Positions 16,833-25,837 of a stretch of 32,000 nt of DNA are shown here, piece by piece; the first letter of the stretch is position 1, and each line of letters opens with the position of its first letter. This DNA is from Candidatus Electronema aureum (GTDB lineage Bacteria; Desulfobacterota; Desulfobulbia; Desulfobulbales; Desulfobulbaceae): contig NQJD01000023.1 in NCBI GenBank assembly GCA_004284765.1, forward strand, positions 6,676 through 38,675, read 5' to 3'. The translations under genes and the position numbers were made by a program. Below the pieces are notes generated by a model, which saw only the letters and a program-made list of their open reading frames with translations, was not told the origin of the DNA and did not search any database.

Positions 16833-17089
16833 CGATCAATGCCTGCAAGCTGTCCGGGAAGGTTCTGGAGGAGCTTGCGGATGTTCAGCAGCAGATTCGG
16901 AACGTCCAAAACGAGATTTAGGATGTCCGCAGCCTCGTTTTGGACATCCATAGCGAGGTTCAGAACGTTCCTAATGAGCTTTTTGATGTTCAAAATCTCA
17001 TTAGGGGCCTCCCAAAAGAGGTTCGGAATGTTCCCGGTCTGCTTCTGAACATCTATGACGAGCTTGTGAACGTTCGCAATGAGCTTCAT
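16811..17089 (-). CDS. Small heptad-repeat protein (11 x L-x-x-[ND]-[VI]-x-[NK])
   Basis: 92-aa ORF whose ATG (17089) directly follows the TAA of the vWA gene (17090-17092). The conserved repeat columns vary mainly at synonymous third positions (gtt/gtc, atc/att, gat/gac, aac/aat). That supports coding in this frame. Confidence 0.6.
   Translation of the reverse strand: MKLIANVHKLVIDVQKQTGNIPNLFWEAPNEILNIKKLIRNVLNLAMDVQNEAADILNLVLDVPNLLLNIRKLLQNLPGQLAGIDRWILIIL
16853..17083 (-). repeat. Tandem imperfect 21-nt repeat array (11 units)
   Basis: Coding-strand units include ctcattgcgaacgttcacaag, ctcgtcatagatgttcagaag, ctcattaggaacgttctgaac, ctcgctatggatgtccaaaac and ctcgttttggacgttccgaat. The periodicity keeps several frames open on both strands. 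Confidence 0.8.
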
Positions 17090-18736
17090 TTAATTATACC
17101 CCTTCGCCTCTCTGAACGCCTGCACCACATCCTTGCGGCCATCAAACATCCGGCCTGACATGGCCTCAGCAAAGGCTTTCATCTGCTCAGGCTTGGCATC
17201 ACCAAAGAGGATGGTGAAGACCGGCACATCCTTGCCCATGTTCGTGCCACCGATCAGCGTCTGGAACTGGTTGAGACTGCCTTCACTCATGCCGTCACTC
17301 ATCACAATCACCGAGGAATGATACGTGCCAGATTCAGCCAGCAGCTTCATCTGCTTCATCGCTTCTGCCGCGCCCACGTACATATTGGTGCCGCCGCCCG
17401 GCTCCAAGGCTTCTACTTTGGCAAGCAGCTCGCCCAGCACTTGCGGGTCATTTCCTTTGGCCTCAAAGGAGGGCATCACCCCGCTGTTGAAGGGCACGAT
17501 GATGGTCATATCCTCTGGCGAGGCTTGGAGCAGGTATTCTTTGGCAATCCGCTGATCAAGCAAGGTACGCATCGCCTTGCGCAGTTGCTCCACGCCCGTG
17601 CCTGCCATACTGCCCGAGTAATCCAGCACATACGCAGTAAGCGAGGGCTTGCGGAAGGCAGTCTGGTAAAGGTTAAGAGCCTCTGAGACCACTGGTGCGG
17701 CGGGAATTCTAATCGGCGTGAGGATGCGGCTGAGGTTGATACCCCAGTCAGGATTGAAGACTGCGTTCAGGGCCGCAGCCTTGGCCGGATCAGCCTCCAT
17801 GCCAATCAAACCAGTGCGGCGGCCTTGAGCCTGAATGCTATCTTGCACTGCCGGACTAAGCAGGTATTCTTGCAGCTTGGCAAAGACCGCCTCCTTTGCC
17901 GCGTCGCCTTTAGCAATGAAGCCGAGCGGACTGTCAGCGATGGAGATGCCATCGACGGGATACACTGCATACAGCGGCTCTTGGCCGGGCGGCAATTGGC
18001 GGTTGAACTCAATCACCATTGCCTCATAATTGACCATGCCGTCATAATACAAATACTCCTTGAGCAGCATGTCCTTCAGCCAGCCAGAGCTGCCCGAAGA
18101 GCGGTTGACACTGCGCAGGAATCGCTTGATCTTGTCCGCCGCTTTTGGGTCATTCAGATGCTCGTTCGTCAGCACCTCTGGCCCGCCGGCAAAGGCGGAG
18201 AGGAAGGCGAGAAAAGCCGAGGTGCCGGAGTTAGACTGAGTAGCTGAGGTCATAGCAAAGCGGACATTGCCCTTCTCTACCGCCTCCAGAATCTCCATCA
18301 CGGTGACATCTTTCTTGTCCCAGCCAAGCTTGCTGGCAATGGACTTCTTGACCGCAAAGACCACCGGGCTGCGCATGATCGACTTGGCGTTCTTGACCAC
18401 GCCCTGCTTGTCGCCGAGCGAAAGCCAGAGACCAGAGGCAGGCCAGATTGCGTCGAACTGTGAGCCTACGCCCTTAGCCAGCTCTAAGCTGATATCAACC
18501 GAACCCATGTACTTGATCGAAATGCCGATGCTCTGCTGCTGGGCAAACTGCTGAAGCAGCGGTTCCAAGGTGCTGTTCTCAGAGCCGGAGACAATGGACA
18601 AGGAGCCAACTGGACTAGGGCTGGGGACTGCTTGCTGATTTGGCGAAGATTGAGGCGGCTGGCTTTGGTCGCAACCGAAAAGGGCAAGAACGGCGAGACT
18701 GGTGATCAGAACAATAAAATTACGGAACGGCTTCAT
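17090..18736 (-). CDS. Lipoprotein with an N-terminal PBP-like binding domain and a C-terminal von Willebrand A domain
   Basis: Lipobox ALFGC (Cys22). The vWA MIDAS motif is LDYSGSM (DxSxS) at ~residue 371, with GGGTNM and VMSDG downstream. The N-terminal half is paralogous to ORF 14383-15486. SD GGGAGGAAG. Confidence 0.8.
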   Translation of the reverse strand: MKPFRNFIVLITSLAVLALFGCDQSQPPQSSPNQQAVPSPSPVGSLSIVSGSENSTLEPLLQQFAQQQSIGISIKYMGSVDISLELAKGVGSQFDAIWPASGLWLSLGDKQGVVKNAKSIMRSPVVFAVKKSIASKLGWDKKDVTVMEILEAVEKGNVRFAMTSATQSNSGTSAFLAFLSAFAGGPEVLTNEHLNDPKAADKIKRFLRSVNRSSGSSGWLKDMLLKEYLYYDGMVNYEAMVIEFNRQLPPGQEPLYAVYPVDGISIADSPLGFIAKGDAAKEAVFAKLQEYLLSPAVQDSIQAQGRRTGLIGMEADPAKAAALNAVFNPDWGINLSRILTPIRIPAAPVVSEALNLYQTAFRKPSLTAYVLDYSGSMAGTGVEQLRKAMRTLLDQRIAKEYLLQASPEDMTIIVPFNSGVMPSFEAKGNDPQVLGELLAKVEALEPGGGTNMYVGAAEAMKQMKLLAESGTYHSSVIVMSDGMSEGSLNQFQTLIGGTNMGKDVPVFTILFGDAKPEQMKAFAEAMSGRMFDGRKDVVQAFREAKGYN

Positions 18737-19142
18737 GCGCTTCCTCCCGGAAGATACCTAGCTGAAATCAGGATGGCTGACTCGTCCAACCGTACCCGTA
18801 GTGTCGCAGGAGTGTCAAGAAATACGTGAGTAGCCCTACGGTGCCTGTCAGCATCAGTTGTCCTCTGTCGCATAGGGAGTAGGTGCGCCTCTTTTACTGA
18901 ACGAAGCAGGCAGTAAAAACGCAGGTAATAGTGAATCGTAAGTACAAGATAGAGTGACACTGAAGAAAGAGATGCAATTTGTTAGCATTGCGGTATAATA
19001 AATAATTCCTTTCGGTTGCCTTGCATCGAGGGGTTGGCGCAAGCGATTTTAAATTGGCAAAGGAAGCAGAAAAACAAGCCATATCGAAAAACTCAATTTT
19101 AAACAGTGATCCTACACAATGAAAAATAGAGGAACCTAAGCA

Positions 19143-19472
19143 ATGACGAGTAAAGAATACTGCATCGTCATTACTACTTTTACCGATGACCGCAATGGGC
19201 AGCAAATTATTGATGCCCTGCTTGCGGAACGGTTGGCCGCTTGCGTACAGGTATTGCCGATTCAGAGTTTTTATCATTGGCAGGGCAAGGTCAACTGTGA
19301 TGCCGAGAAATTGGTGCTGATCAAGACAAAGTGTAGCCTGTACGCCCAAGTACAGCAAACGATTCTCTCCCATCACGCTTACGAAGTGCCGGAAATCATC
19401 CAAGTGCCGATAACGGACGGCTTGCCAGCGTATTTGAACTGGATTAGTAAGGAATGCAGAGCGCAGAACTGA
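19143..19472 (+). CDS. cutA: Divalent-cation tolerance protein CutA
   Basis: 109 aa with the typical CutA1 pattern: LAACVQ..P..S.Y.W.G......E..L.IKT.......V...I...H.YEVPEI...P. Confidence 0.8.
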   Translation: MTSKEYCIVITTFTDDRNGQQIIDALLAERLAACVQVLPIQSFYHWQGKVNCDAEKLVLIKTKCSLYAQVQQTILSHHAYEVPEIIQVPITDGLPAYLNWISKECRAQN

Positions 19473-19514
19473 AGCCCCGTACCTCTGCGATCATAACAAG
19501 AAGAGGAAACATCC

Positions 19515-20231
19515 ATGAAACGAAAGATCATTGAAATCAACGAGGAACTTTGCACTGGCTGCGGCGAGTGCATCCCTAACTGCGCAGAAGGTTCGTTACG
19601 GATCATTGACGGCAAGGCCCGCTTAGTGGCGGACAAACTCTGCGACGGCCTTGGTGCTTGTCTGGGCCATTGTCCAGCTGGTGCCTTGGTGATTATCGAA
19701 CGGGAAGCAGAGGACTTTGACCAAGAGGCAGTGGATCAATTCTTGGCCGCAGAAAAGACGCAACCGCCGAGCCGTTGTCCATCTGCCCAGCTGAAGATGA
19801 TGCAGCCGTCCTCCTGCGAGGCCGCTAATTCCCCGTCTGCACAGACAGGCAGTGCGCTCAGTCATTGGCCGGTGCAAATCCGCCTTGTTCCACCCAGCGC
19901 ACCGTTCTTGGAGAATTGCGATCTGCTGATTGCTGCTGACTGCACAGCACTTGCCTATGCTGGCTTGCAGCAGGATTTCCTCCAAGGCCGCAAGGTGATG
20001 ATGGGCTGCCCGAAATTCGATGACCAGCAGCTTTATGTTGATCGCTTTACCGAGCTATTTAAAACCAGACAGCTCAAGTCAGTAACGCTACTGATCATGG
20101 AAGTACCTTGCTGCTCGGCCATGCTCCAGATTGTTAGAAGAGCATATAACCAAGCGGGGGCCAAGGTATCGGTGCAACAGGTAGTGGTCTCTACGCAAGG
20201 GGAAATTGTTGACAGGCGGGACTGGCAGTAG
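19515..20231 (+). CDS. 4Fe-4S dicluster domain protein with a conserved C-terminal Cys-containing domain
   Basis: N-terminal CTGCGECIPNC...CDGLGACLGHCP. C-terminal motifs are WPVQIRLVP, ADC, GCPKFDD and MEVPCC. SD AGAGGAAA. Confidence 0.75.
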   Translation: MKRKIIEINEELCTGCGECIPNCAEGSLRIIDGKARLVADKLCDGLGACLGHCPAGALVIIEREAEDFDQEAVDQFLAAEKTQPPSRCPSAQLKMMQPSSCEAANSPSAQTGSALSHWPVQIRLVPPSAPFLENCDLLIAADCTALAYAGLQQDFLQGRKVMMGCPKFDDQQLYVDRFTELFKTRQLKSVTLLIMEVPCCSAMLQIVRRAYNQAGAKVSVQQVVVSTQGEIVDRRDWQ

Positions 20232-20233
20232 GA

Positions 20234-22591
20234 CTAAGGCGTTTGTTGCTTATCCTTCAACTGTTTGAGTTGCTGCTGCACAGCAGCATTGATTGGCTGG
20301 ATAAGCAAAGCCTGCTCGTATTCCTCAATCGCCCGGTAATCAATACCCTTACCTTTGTAGTAATCACCGAGATAGATATGAAAAGGGGCGTAATCCGGCA
20401 GCCGTTTTATGCCCTCTCGCAGTACCTCGATTGCCTTATCTTCCTCTTTCTGCTGTTGGTAATAGGCGAAAACCTGCATGAAATACTGCGGCTGTGCCTT
20501 CGGTTCTTGGCCAATGAAGTCAAGAGCGTGTTCGGTGAAATAGTTTGCATCCACCTCATTGCCTGCGGTACGAGCCAATTGAGCATAGTTGAGCCAAGCT
20601 GAGGTCAGTTGCGGCACAACGGCAGCCTTCTTTTCTTGGGTGAAACGGTATTCAGTTAACAGGGGATAGATGCTATTCAGCAGGCGAGGATCACGCTCCA
20701 GCTCTTGGCGAAGAATATGAGTGGCTCTCGCCCGTCGCTTGCGGGACAGCTCAAACTCAGCCCAGATTATCAGTGGCCCGTCCTTGATCTGCGAACGACG
20801 ATAGCCGGTTTCCACCAGCATCCGCCCTTGCAGCGGATGAGCTTCTGCTTGGAGTAATCCAGCAGACTGAAGATACGTGCCTTCCATAGGCTGGAGCAAA
20901 GCGGCCTGACTGTAGAGGAGTAAGGCCGCTTTGCTCTGCTGCTGAAACTGTCGAATATTGCCCAACGCATACAGATAACTGCCGTTGAGAGGAGCTTTCT
21001 TGCCCGCTTCCTCTATCAATTCAGCCATTCGAGCAAACTGCTTCTTCGAGTCTTGGGATGAAGCTGCGGATACTTTCTGCGCCCGTTGATAGTGCCGGTC
21101 AGCAAGGATTTCTCCACCTTGGAGGAGTAGTCCAGCCAGAGCAAAGATAATCGTTGCAAGAAAAAGGGCTGTTCTTGCCTTAGCAGGTGAGGCGGATAGA
21201 GCCAGCAGGGTAGGGCGGTGCTGATAATGTTGGCGGGTGTGTCCTGCGGAGACTAACAGGCCGCAGAGAAAGAAAAAATAAAGGCCGTTAGCCCAGTTGT
21301 GGAGGTTGAAATCAGTAATGCTAAAGAAAAGTAGCCCTGCGATCCCACTGAAAGCGGCGATGGCAGTCAGAACGCTCAAGCGGTCTTTGCGGCGGAATAT
21401 CTGCCGCCAGCCGCTTCTCAGCACTGCGCCAACAAACCAAGCAGCCAAAAAGAAACCGATCAGTCCACCGTCAGTGAGTAACTCAAGATAATCATTGTGG
21501 GCGTGATCATAGATTAGGCTGTCAGCAAAACTTTTGTAACTGGGGAAAACATCAATGAAGGAGCCAAAACCTGCACCTGTAAGCAGAAAATGGGGAATTA
21601 TTTTGACTGCATCCTGCCAAATGGGTAGCCGTGCGTCTTGAAGGGTTCCTGTGGCAGTGTCAAATGCCTTGTCAAATTTTGCAAAAATGGCTTCCCAACT
21701 GAACCAGCCCCCGGCTAACAGAAGTCCGCCGACTAATACCAGCAGGGTTAAAGTTTGAATTTTGCCTTGACTACGGGCCAGTAGAAAGAAAAACAGCAGT
21801 AGGGCAAAGGCAAGGCTGAGAATACCACCCCGTGACTGGGCCAGCAGTACCGAAGCAAGAACAACAATCACGCCAAAGCCAAAGAAGAAATGCAAATTAG
21901 CCCCAGCACCAGAAAACAAATGCAGCAGCCTTTCTCGGAACGAGGCGTTTTTATCGGCGAGGGGACGGTGGAGCAGGAAGAACGCCAGTACTAAGGGGCA
22001 GGTCATGACCATAAACCCGGCGTACTGATTTTTATAGACCCAAGGACCAAAAGAGCCGAAGCTGCTTTGCAGCGGCCTCACCCAGAACAAGGTGTCAGGC
22101 GCGGCAGCCCGTTGAAGCATTGAGGCAAAGGCAATGAAGAGTGTTAGCCAGACAATGCTAGTGACAGTGGTCGAAAGCTTTTTGCTGCTGATCAGCAGCT
22201 GCACGGTCAGGATATAAAAAAGCGCGTAGGCGGTAAAACGCATACCTTCAAGCAGCGTGGCCTGCCGGTTGACGGTCAGAGGAATCCACGTGTCTGGTGG
22301 CAACAACTCAAGAACTGGCTGATAGGCGAATGCTGTACCCGGAGAAAGTTGTTGTACCCAAGAGAACGGCAAGGGAATGCACTGAGCGTAGAGCCAGACT
22401 AAGCAGAGCACTAGGGGAATCACCCCCGGTACTCTGTAAAACACTGCTTTGCCAGATGGAAGTCGGGGGAAAAAACAAACCACGGCAGTCAAGGTCACTA
22501 ACAGCTGCGCAGTGACCGTTGACCAAATTTCCGTGGTTCCGAAAGCCAGCGGGGCGAAGAAAAGAACAGCGACAAAACCAACAAAGGCCAT
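20234..22591 (-). CDS. O-antigen ligase/Wzy_C-like polytopic membrane protein fused to a C-terminal TPR domain
   Basis: 785 aa, with about 10-12 TM segments in the first ~480 aa. The Wzy_C signature is YDHAHNDYLELLTDGGLIG. The C-terminal ~280 aa contain TPR-like repeats. Confidence 0.75.
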   Translation of the reverse strand: MAFVGFVAVLFFAPLAFGTTEIWSTVTAQLLVTLTAVVCFFPRLPSGKAVFYRVPGVIPLVLCLVWLYAQCIPLPFSWVQQLSPGTAFAYQPVLELLPPDTWIPLTVNRQATLLEGMRFTAYALFYILTVQLLISSKKLSTTVTSIVWLTLFIAFASMLQRAAAPDTLFWVRPLQSSFGSFGPWVYKNQYAGFMVMTCPLVLAFFLLHRPLADKNASFRERLLHLFSGAGANLHFFFGFGVIVVLASVLLAQSRGGILSLAFALLLFFFLLARSQGKIQTLTLLVLVGGLLLAGGWFSWEAIFAKFDKAFDTATGTLQDARLPIWQDAVKIIPHFLLTGAGFGSFIDVFPSYKSFADSLIYDHAHNDYLELLTDGGLIGFFLAAWFVGAVLRSGWRQIFRRKDRLSVLTAIAAFSGIAGLLFFSITDFNLHNWANGLYFFFLCGLLVSAGHTRQHYQHRPTLLALSASPAKARTALFLATIIFALAGLLLQGGEILADRHYQRAQKVSAASSQDSKKQFARMAELIEEAGKKAPLNGSYLYALGNIRQFQQQSKAALLLYSQAALLQPMEGTYLQSAGLLQAEAHPLQGRMLVETGYRRSQIKDGPLIIWAEFELSRKRRARATHILRQELERDPRLLNSIYPLLTEYRFTQEKKAAVVPQLTSAWLNYAQLARTAGNEVDANYFTEHALDFIGQEPKAQPQYFMQVFAYYQQQKEEDKAIEVLREGIKRLPDYAPFHIYLGDYYKGKGIDYRAIEEYEQALLIQPINAAVQQQLKQLKDKQQTP

Positions 22592-22600
22592 CAGTCGAGG

Positions 22601-24916
22601 CTATGCCTCCTGTTTTTGTGCTTCTTTTTTCTTCTTATCGCCCTTGTTGCTGTAAGTGCTATACTGCGAATAGTGAGAGTAAGAGGAATAATAGCCGTAA
22701 TAGCCTTTGTCCGCATGTTTTTTCTTCAGTCGGTTCAGCACGATACCCAGCAGATGAGAATGGCCTTCCCGCAGCCGTTTGATGCCGCTGTCTAACATTT
22801 CGTAAGTGGTATGCCCCGCTTTCACCACCAACACGGTGCCGTCTGCCAGCGGACCGAGTGCCAAGCTGTCCGTCACCTGTTGTACTGGCGGCGAATCGAG
22901 CAAAATAAAGTCAAATTGAGCCTGATTTTCCTTAATCAATTGCACCATTTTACTCGAAGTCAGTAACTCTGCCGGATTGGGTGGCACCGGGCCAGAGGTG
23001 ATCAAATACACCTGAGTCTCAGGTAGCTGCCGAATCAGCACTTGTTTTTCATCCGTATTGCCGGACAAATAGTTACTCAGGCCATAGGTATTAGCAATGC
23101 CAAACATGGAATGCTGCCGAGGACGACGCATATCACAATCGACAATCAGAACTTTTTTCTCATTCTGGGCCAGAATATGGGCCAAGTTTTTGGTGGTAGT
23201 TGATTTTCCTTCCTGCTGCACCATACTGGTCATCAGGATGACCTTTGGCGGACGTTCCGGTGTAGAAAGCATCAAGCTAGAACGAATAAGCCGGTAGCTT
23301 TCTGCCATCGGCGACAGAGGGTTATCACGGACAAAGGTCTCAATATTATGCTTCTTGCCGGTCATATCTGCCACTGAACCGAGGACAGTAAGACCGTAAC
23401 GTTCCTCAATTTCTTTACCTGAACCAGCTGTGTTATCTAAATAATCAAGGAAAAATATCAAGCCAAATCCGCCGCCCAAACCAACAACCAGTCCAATGAG
23501 CAAGGATAGCTTTTTATTCGGTTTAGACGGAAATTTTGGCAGCTCCGCCTTTTTCACCGCCCATATCTTGATATCCATAGATTCGGCGGTGACATCGGTT
23601 TTTTTGATGCTCGAAGAGAGGGCCTCAAAAACCGTTCTGTTCATATCCTTATTCCGATTCAAAATAGAATACTGAACAAAACGCTCGTTGGTGTTTTGCA
23701 GCTCGGCCTTAGTTTCGTTCATCATAGCCGAAATATCTCGCACTTTAGCCCTTGCCAATTCGTAAGCATTCCTAGCCGCAGATGTGATTCGGTCGATTTC
23801 CGCCCGCCGTTCCCGCTGGAGCACTCGTTGCTCCTCTAATGCCTGCTGCATAGAAGGATGCTTTTCACCATATTTCGTTGATAATTCTCTGACCTTTTGT
23901 TCCGAAGTTACCATTTGGGTGCGGAGCTGTCGCAGGACAGGGTTATCTGCAAACAACGGAATAGTTTCTAACGCGCTGTAATCTTTGCCTGCTCGTGCAA
24001 TTTGTTGATAAATTGCCTCTTGCTCTTTTTCCTTAGTTTGCGCTTCAGATAGCTCTTTACTGAAGCCTGAAAGCCGCTCAGGGAGGACTGTAAGCCTATT
24101 TTCCACCGTGATTATATCGTGTTCCCGCATGTATTGTTGCAGGTTTTGCTCCGAAGCTTCTAACTTTTTTTGCTCTTCTGCGGCTTTGGCAGTCATCCAC
24201 TGGAGTGCGTTCCGAGCGGTGCTGGTCTTGATGTCCAAGGTTTCGTCAATGTATGCCTGCACCAACGCATCAGCAATCAGCTGCGCCATTTCCGGCTTTC
24301 TGTGCGTGTAAAACACATCAGCTAACTTAGTGTTTCTGACCGGCTTAACACTAATGCTACGTTGAATCATCTCCGCTATTTTTTCCGCGTCACTTTCCGG
24401 TTTTGATGTGATTTTTTCACTATCTGCCGCAGTGGTATCTTCAACATTTTCTTCATTCTGGGCAAGATCGGGGCTAATCAGCCCTTCAAGCGCACCAACA
24501 GTATCTGTGATAAGAGAGGAGAGCCAGTTTATAACTAAGCTGGAGAGTCCGGGTGAAGAAGGTTTGTTTTGGAGGAAATAATGCCGGTATTTGGTATCAA
24601 GTTGGAGATTTTTTACCACCCGGAGAGTGACACTTTCACTGCGGATCATTTCGAACTGAGTCTGCTGAAAAGAGGGATCCCAGCCTGCGTAAGCATTATT
24701 GACTCCCTCAATCCGACCTGTATCAAGATTTTTATCAATCAGTATCCTTGTGGACGCTGTGTACAGGGGGATGGTTGAAAAAGCGGACAGGATAGCGGCT
24801 AAGACGGCTATACAGACAATCGTCAGCAGTAAAGCTTTACGCTTAGAGATAATACGAAAATAATCGCGCAAATGCAGGACTCTTCCCTGCCCTTCAAAGG
24901 ATTCTTCTGAGTGCAT
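22601..24916 (-). CDS. Polysaccharide co-polymerase / tyrosine autokinase (Wzc-type, PCP-2a)
   Basis: N-terminal TM plus a Wzz-like coiled-coil periplasmic domain and a second TM. Walker A GEGKST, A' VLIVDCDMRRP, Walker B FDFILLDSPP. Tyr-rich tail KGYYGYYSSYSHYSQYSTYS. Confidence 0.85.
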   Translation of the reverse strand: MHSEESFEGQGRVLHLRDYFRIISKRKALLLTIVCIAVLAAILSAFSTIPLYTASTRILIDKNLDTGRIEGVNNAYAGWDPSFQQTQFEMIRSESVTLRVVKNLQLDTKYRHYFLQNKPSSPGLSSLVINWLSSLITDTVGALEGLISPDLAQNEENVEDTTAADSEKITSKPESDAEKIAEMIQRSISVKPVRNTKLADVFYTHRKPEMAQLIADALVQAYIDETLDIKTSTARNALQWMTAKAAEEQKKLEASEQNLQQYMREHDIITVENRLTVLPERLSGFSKELSEAQTKEKEQEAIYQQIARAGKDYSALETIPLFADNPVLRQLRTQMVTSEQKVRELSTKYGEKHPSMQQALEEQRVLQRERRAEIDRITSAARNAYELARAKVRDISAMMNETKAELQNTNERFVQYSILNRNKDMNRTVFEALSSSIKKTDVTAESMDIKIWAVKKAELPKFPSKPNKKLSLLIGLVVGLGGGFGLIFFLDYLDNTAGSGKEIEERYGLTVLGSVADMTGKKHNIETFVRDNPLSPMAESYRLIRSSLMLSTPERPPKVILMTSMVQQEGKSTTTKNLAHILAQNEKKVLIVDCDMRRPRQHSMFGIANTYGLSNYLSGNTDEKQVLIRQLPETQVYLITSGPVPPNPAELLTSSKMVQLIKENQAQFDFILLDSPPVQQVTDSLALGPLADGTVLVVKAGHTTYEMLDSGIKRLREGHSHLLGIVLNRLKKKHADKGYYGYYSSYSHYSQYSTYSNKGDKKKKEAQKQEA

Positions 24917-24964
24917 TTATTTTTTCTGTAGTGGGAGGGAGAGAATAAAAAATTTGGCAGCTGA

Positions 24965-25813
24965 TCAGAAAAAGCTCTCTGGCACTTCAATGACATCATC
25001 CGGCTGTACCAGCGTATCCATGCCTACTTCCTCCATAACCTGCTTTTTGCCATTAGTAACTCGAACAAGTTTGATGCGTGATTCTGCTGCCATGCCGGTA
25101 AAACCGCCTGCCAAAGACACCATTTTCAGCACATTAGAATTTTTTGTCCAAGGATACGCACCTGGCTTTTTAACTTGGCCGGTGAGATAACAAACTGGAG
25201 GCTCGCCCTTGGCCACTGCAATAGTTTCACCACCAAGAATAGGAATATTGCTCGCAGCGTCTCCCTCATCAATCAGTTTTTTTACCTCGATGGTTATATT
25301 TTTTTGTCCGCCGCCTACCTCCTCGCGGGTCACAGTGATTGTTTCGCCTGCGTCTTTTTGGAGACCACCTGCCTTGGAAATCAGCTCCAAAAGCGTAGTC
25401 GGCCCGCTGAGTTCGATCAAACCTGGTTTGTTAAACGGCCCCAAGGCGGCAACTTTCTTGCTTTTAAATTCTTCAATGTAAATTTGAACCTGCGGTTTCA
25501 CAATATAACCCTCAGAAAGCATTTCTTCAATTTTTCTCGATGCCGCTGAGGTTTTAATTCCGCCGAGTTGAACTGTGCCTATTAAAGGAAATTCAATAGT
25601 GCCAGTTTCAGAAACTCGAACTTTCGTTTTCAACTCATCATAACCGTAGACCGTAATGGAAAGCACATCTCCAGAACCAATTTGATAATCCTCAGCTATA
25701 GCGGGCAGAATAGGTAGCGAAAAGTAACACAACAGCAAGACGAAAACCGTATTGAGCAGTCGCGCTATTTTCAAATCGACAGAGGACGAAAAATACGTTT
25801 CCATAAATAACAT
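24965..25813 (-). CDS. Wza-like polysaccharide export protein (Poly_export + SLBB)
   Basis: YQIGSGDVLSITVYG is the Poly_export signature, and later GGETIAV/PDDVIEVP are SLBB-like. The track start 25885 lies inside the upstream hairpin, so I prefer ATG 25813 (or 25804). Confidence 0.75.
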   Translation of the reverse strand: MLFMETYFSSSVDLKIARLLNTVFVLLLCYFSLPILPAIAEDYQIGSGDVLSITVYGYDELKTKVRVSETGTIEFPLIGTVQLGGIKTSAASRKIEEMLSEGYIVKPQVQIYIEEFKSKKVAALGPFNKPGLIELSGPTTLLELISKAGGLQKDAGETITVTREEVGGGQKNITIEVKKLIDEGDAASNIPILGGETIAVAKGEPPVCYLTGQVKKPGAYPWTKNSNVLKMVSLAGGFTGMAAESRIKLVRVTNGKKQVMEEVGMDTLVQPDDVIEVPESFF

Positions 25814-25837
25814 CACGTTGAACTTTATTATCGGAGT

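Noticed and set aside
16839-17158. Plus-strand ORFs of 69 and 72 aa with periodic sequences such as RFWRSLRMFSSRFGTSKTRF.
   Set aside because: They mirror the 21-nt repeat, which keeps several frames free of stops. The minus-strand frame is operon-coupled and shows synonymous-site variation, so I treat these as artefacts.
18740-18753. Small hairpin CTTCC-GGGA-GGAAG that includes the SD of the vWA gene, a possible translational control element.
   Set aside because: It has only 5 bp with a 4-nt loop. That is too weak to call a thermometer or riboswitch expression platform without data.
18733-19403. ORFs of 75, 62 and 169 aa on the minus strand in the long intergenic region and antisense to cutA.
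   Set aside because: They have no ribosome-binding sites and their sequences are low-complexity or Cys/Phe-rich. The 169-aa ORF is antisense to a well-supported cutA.
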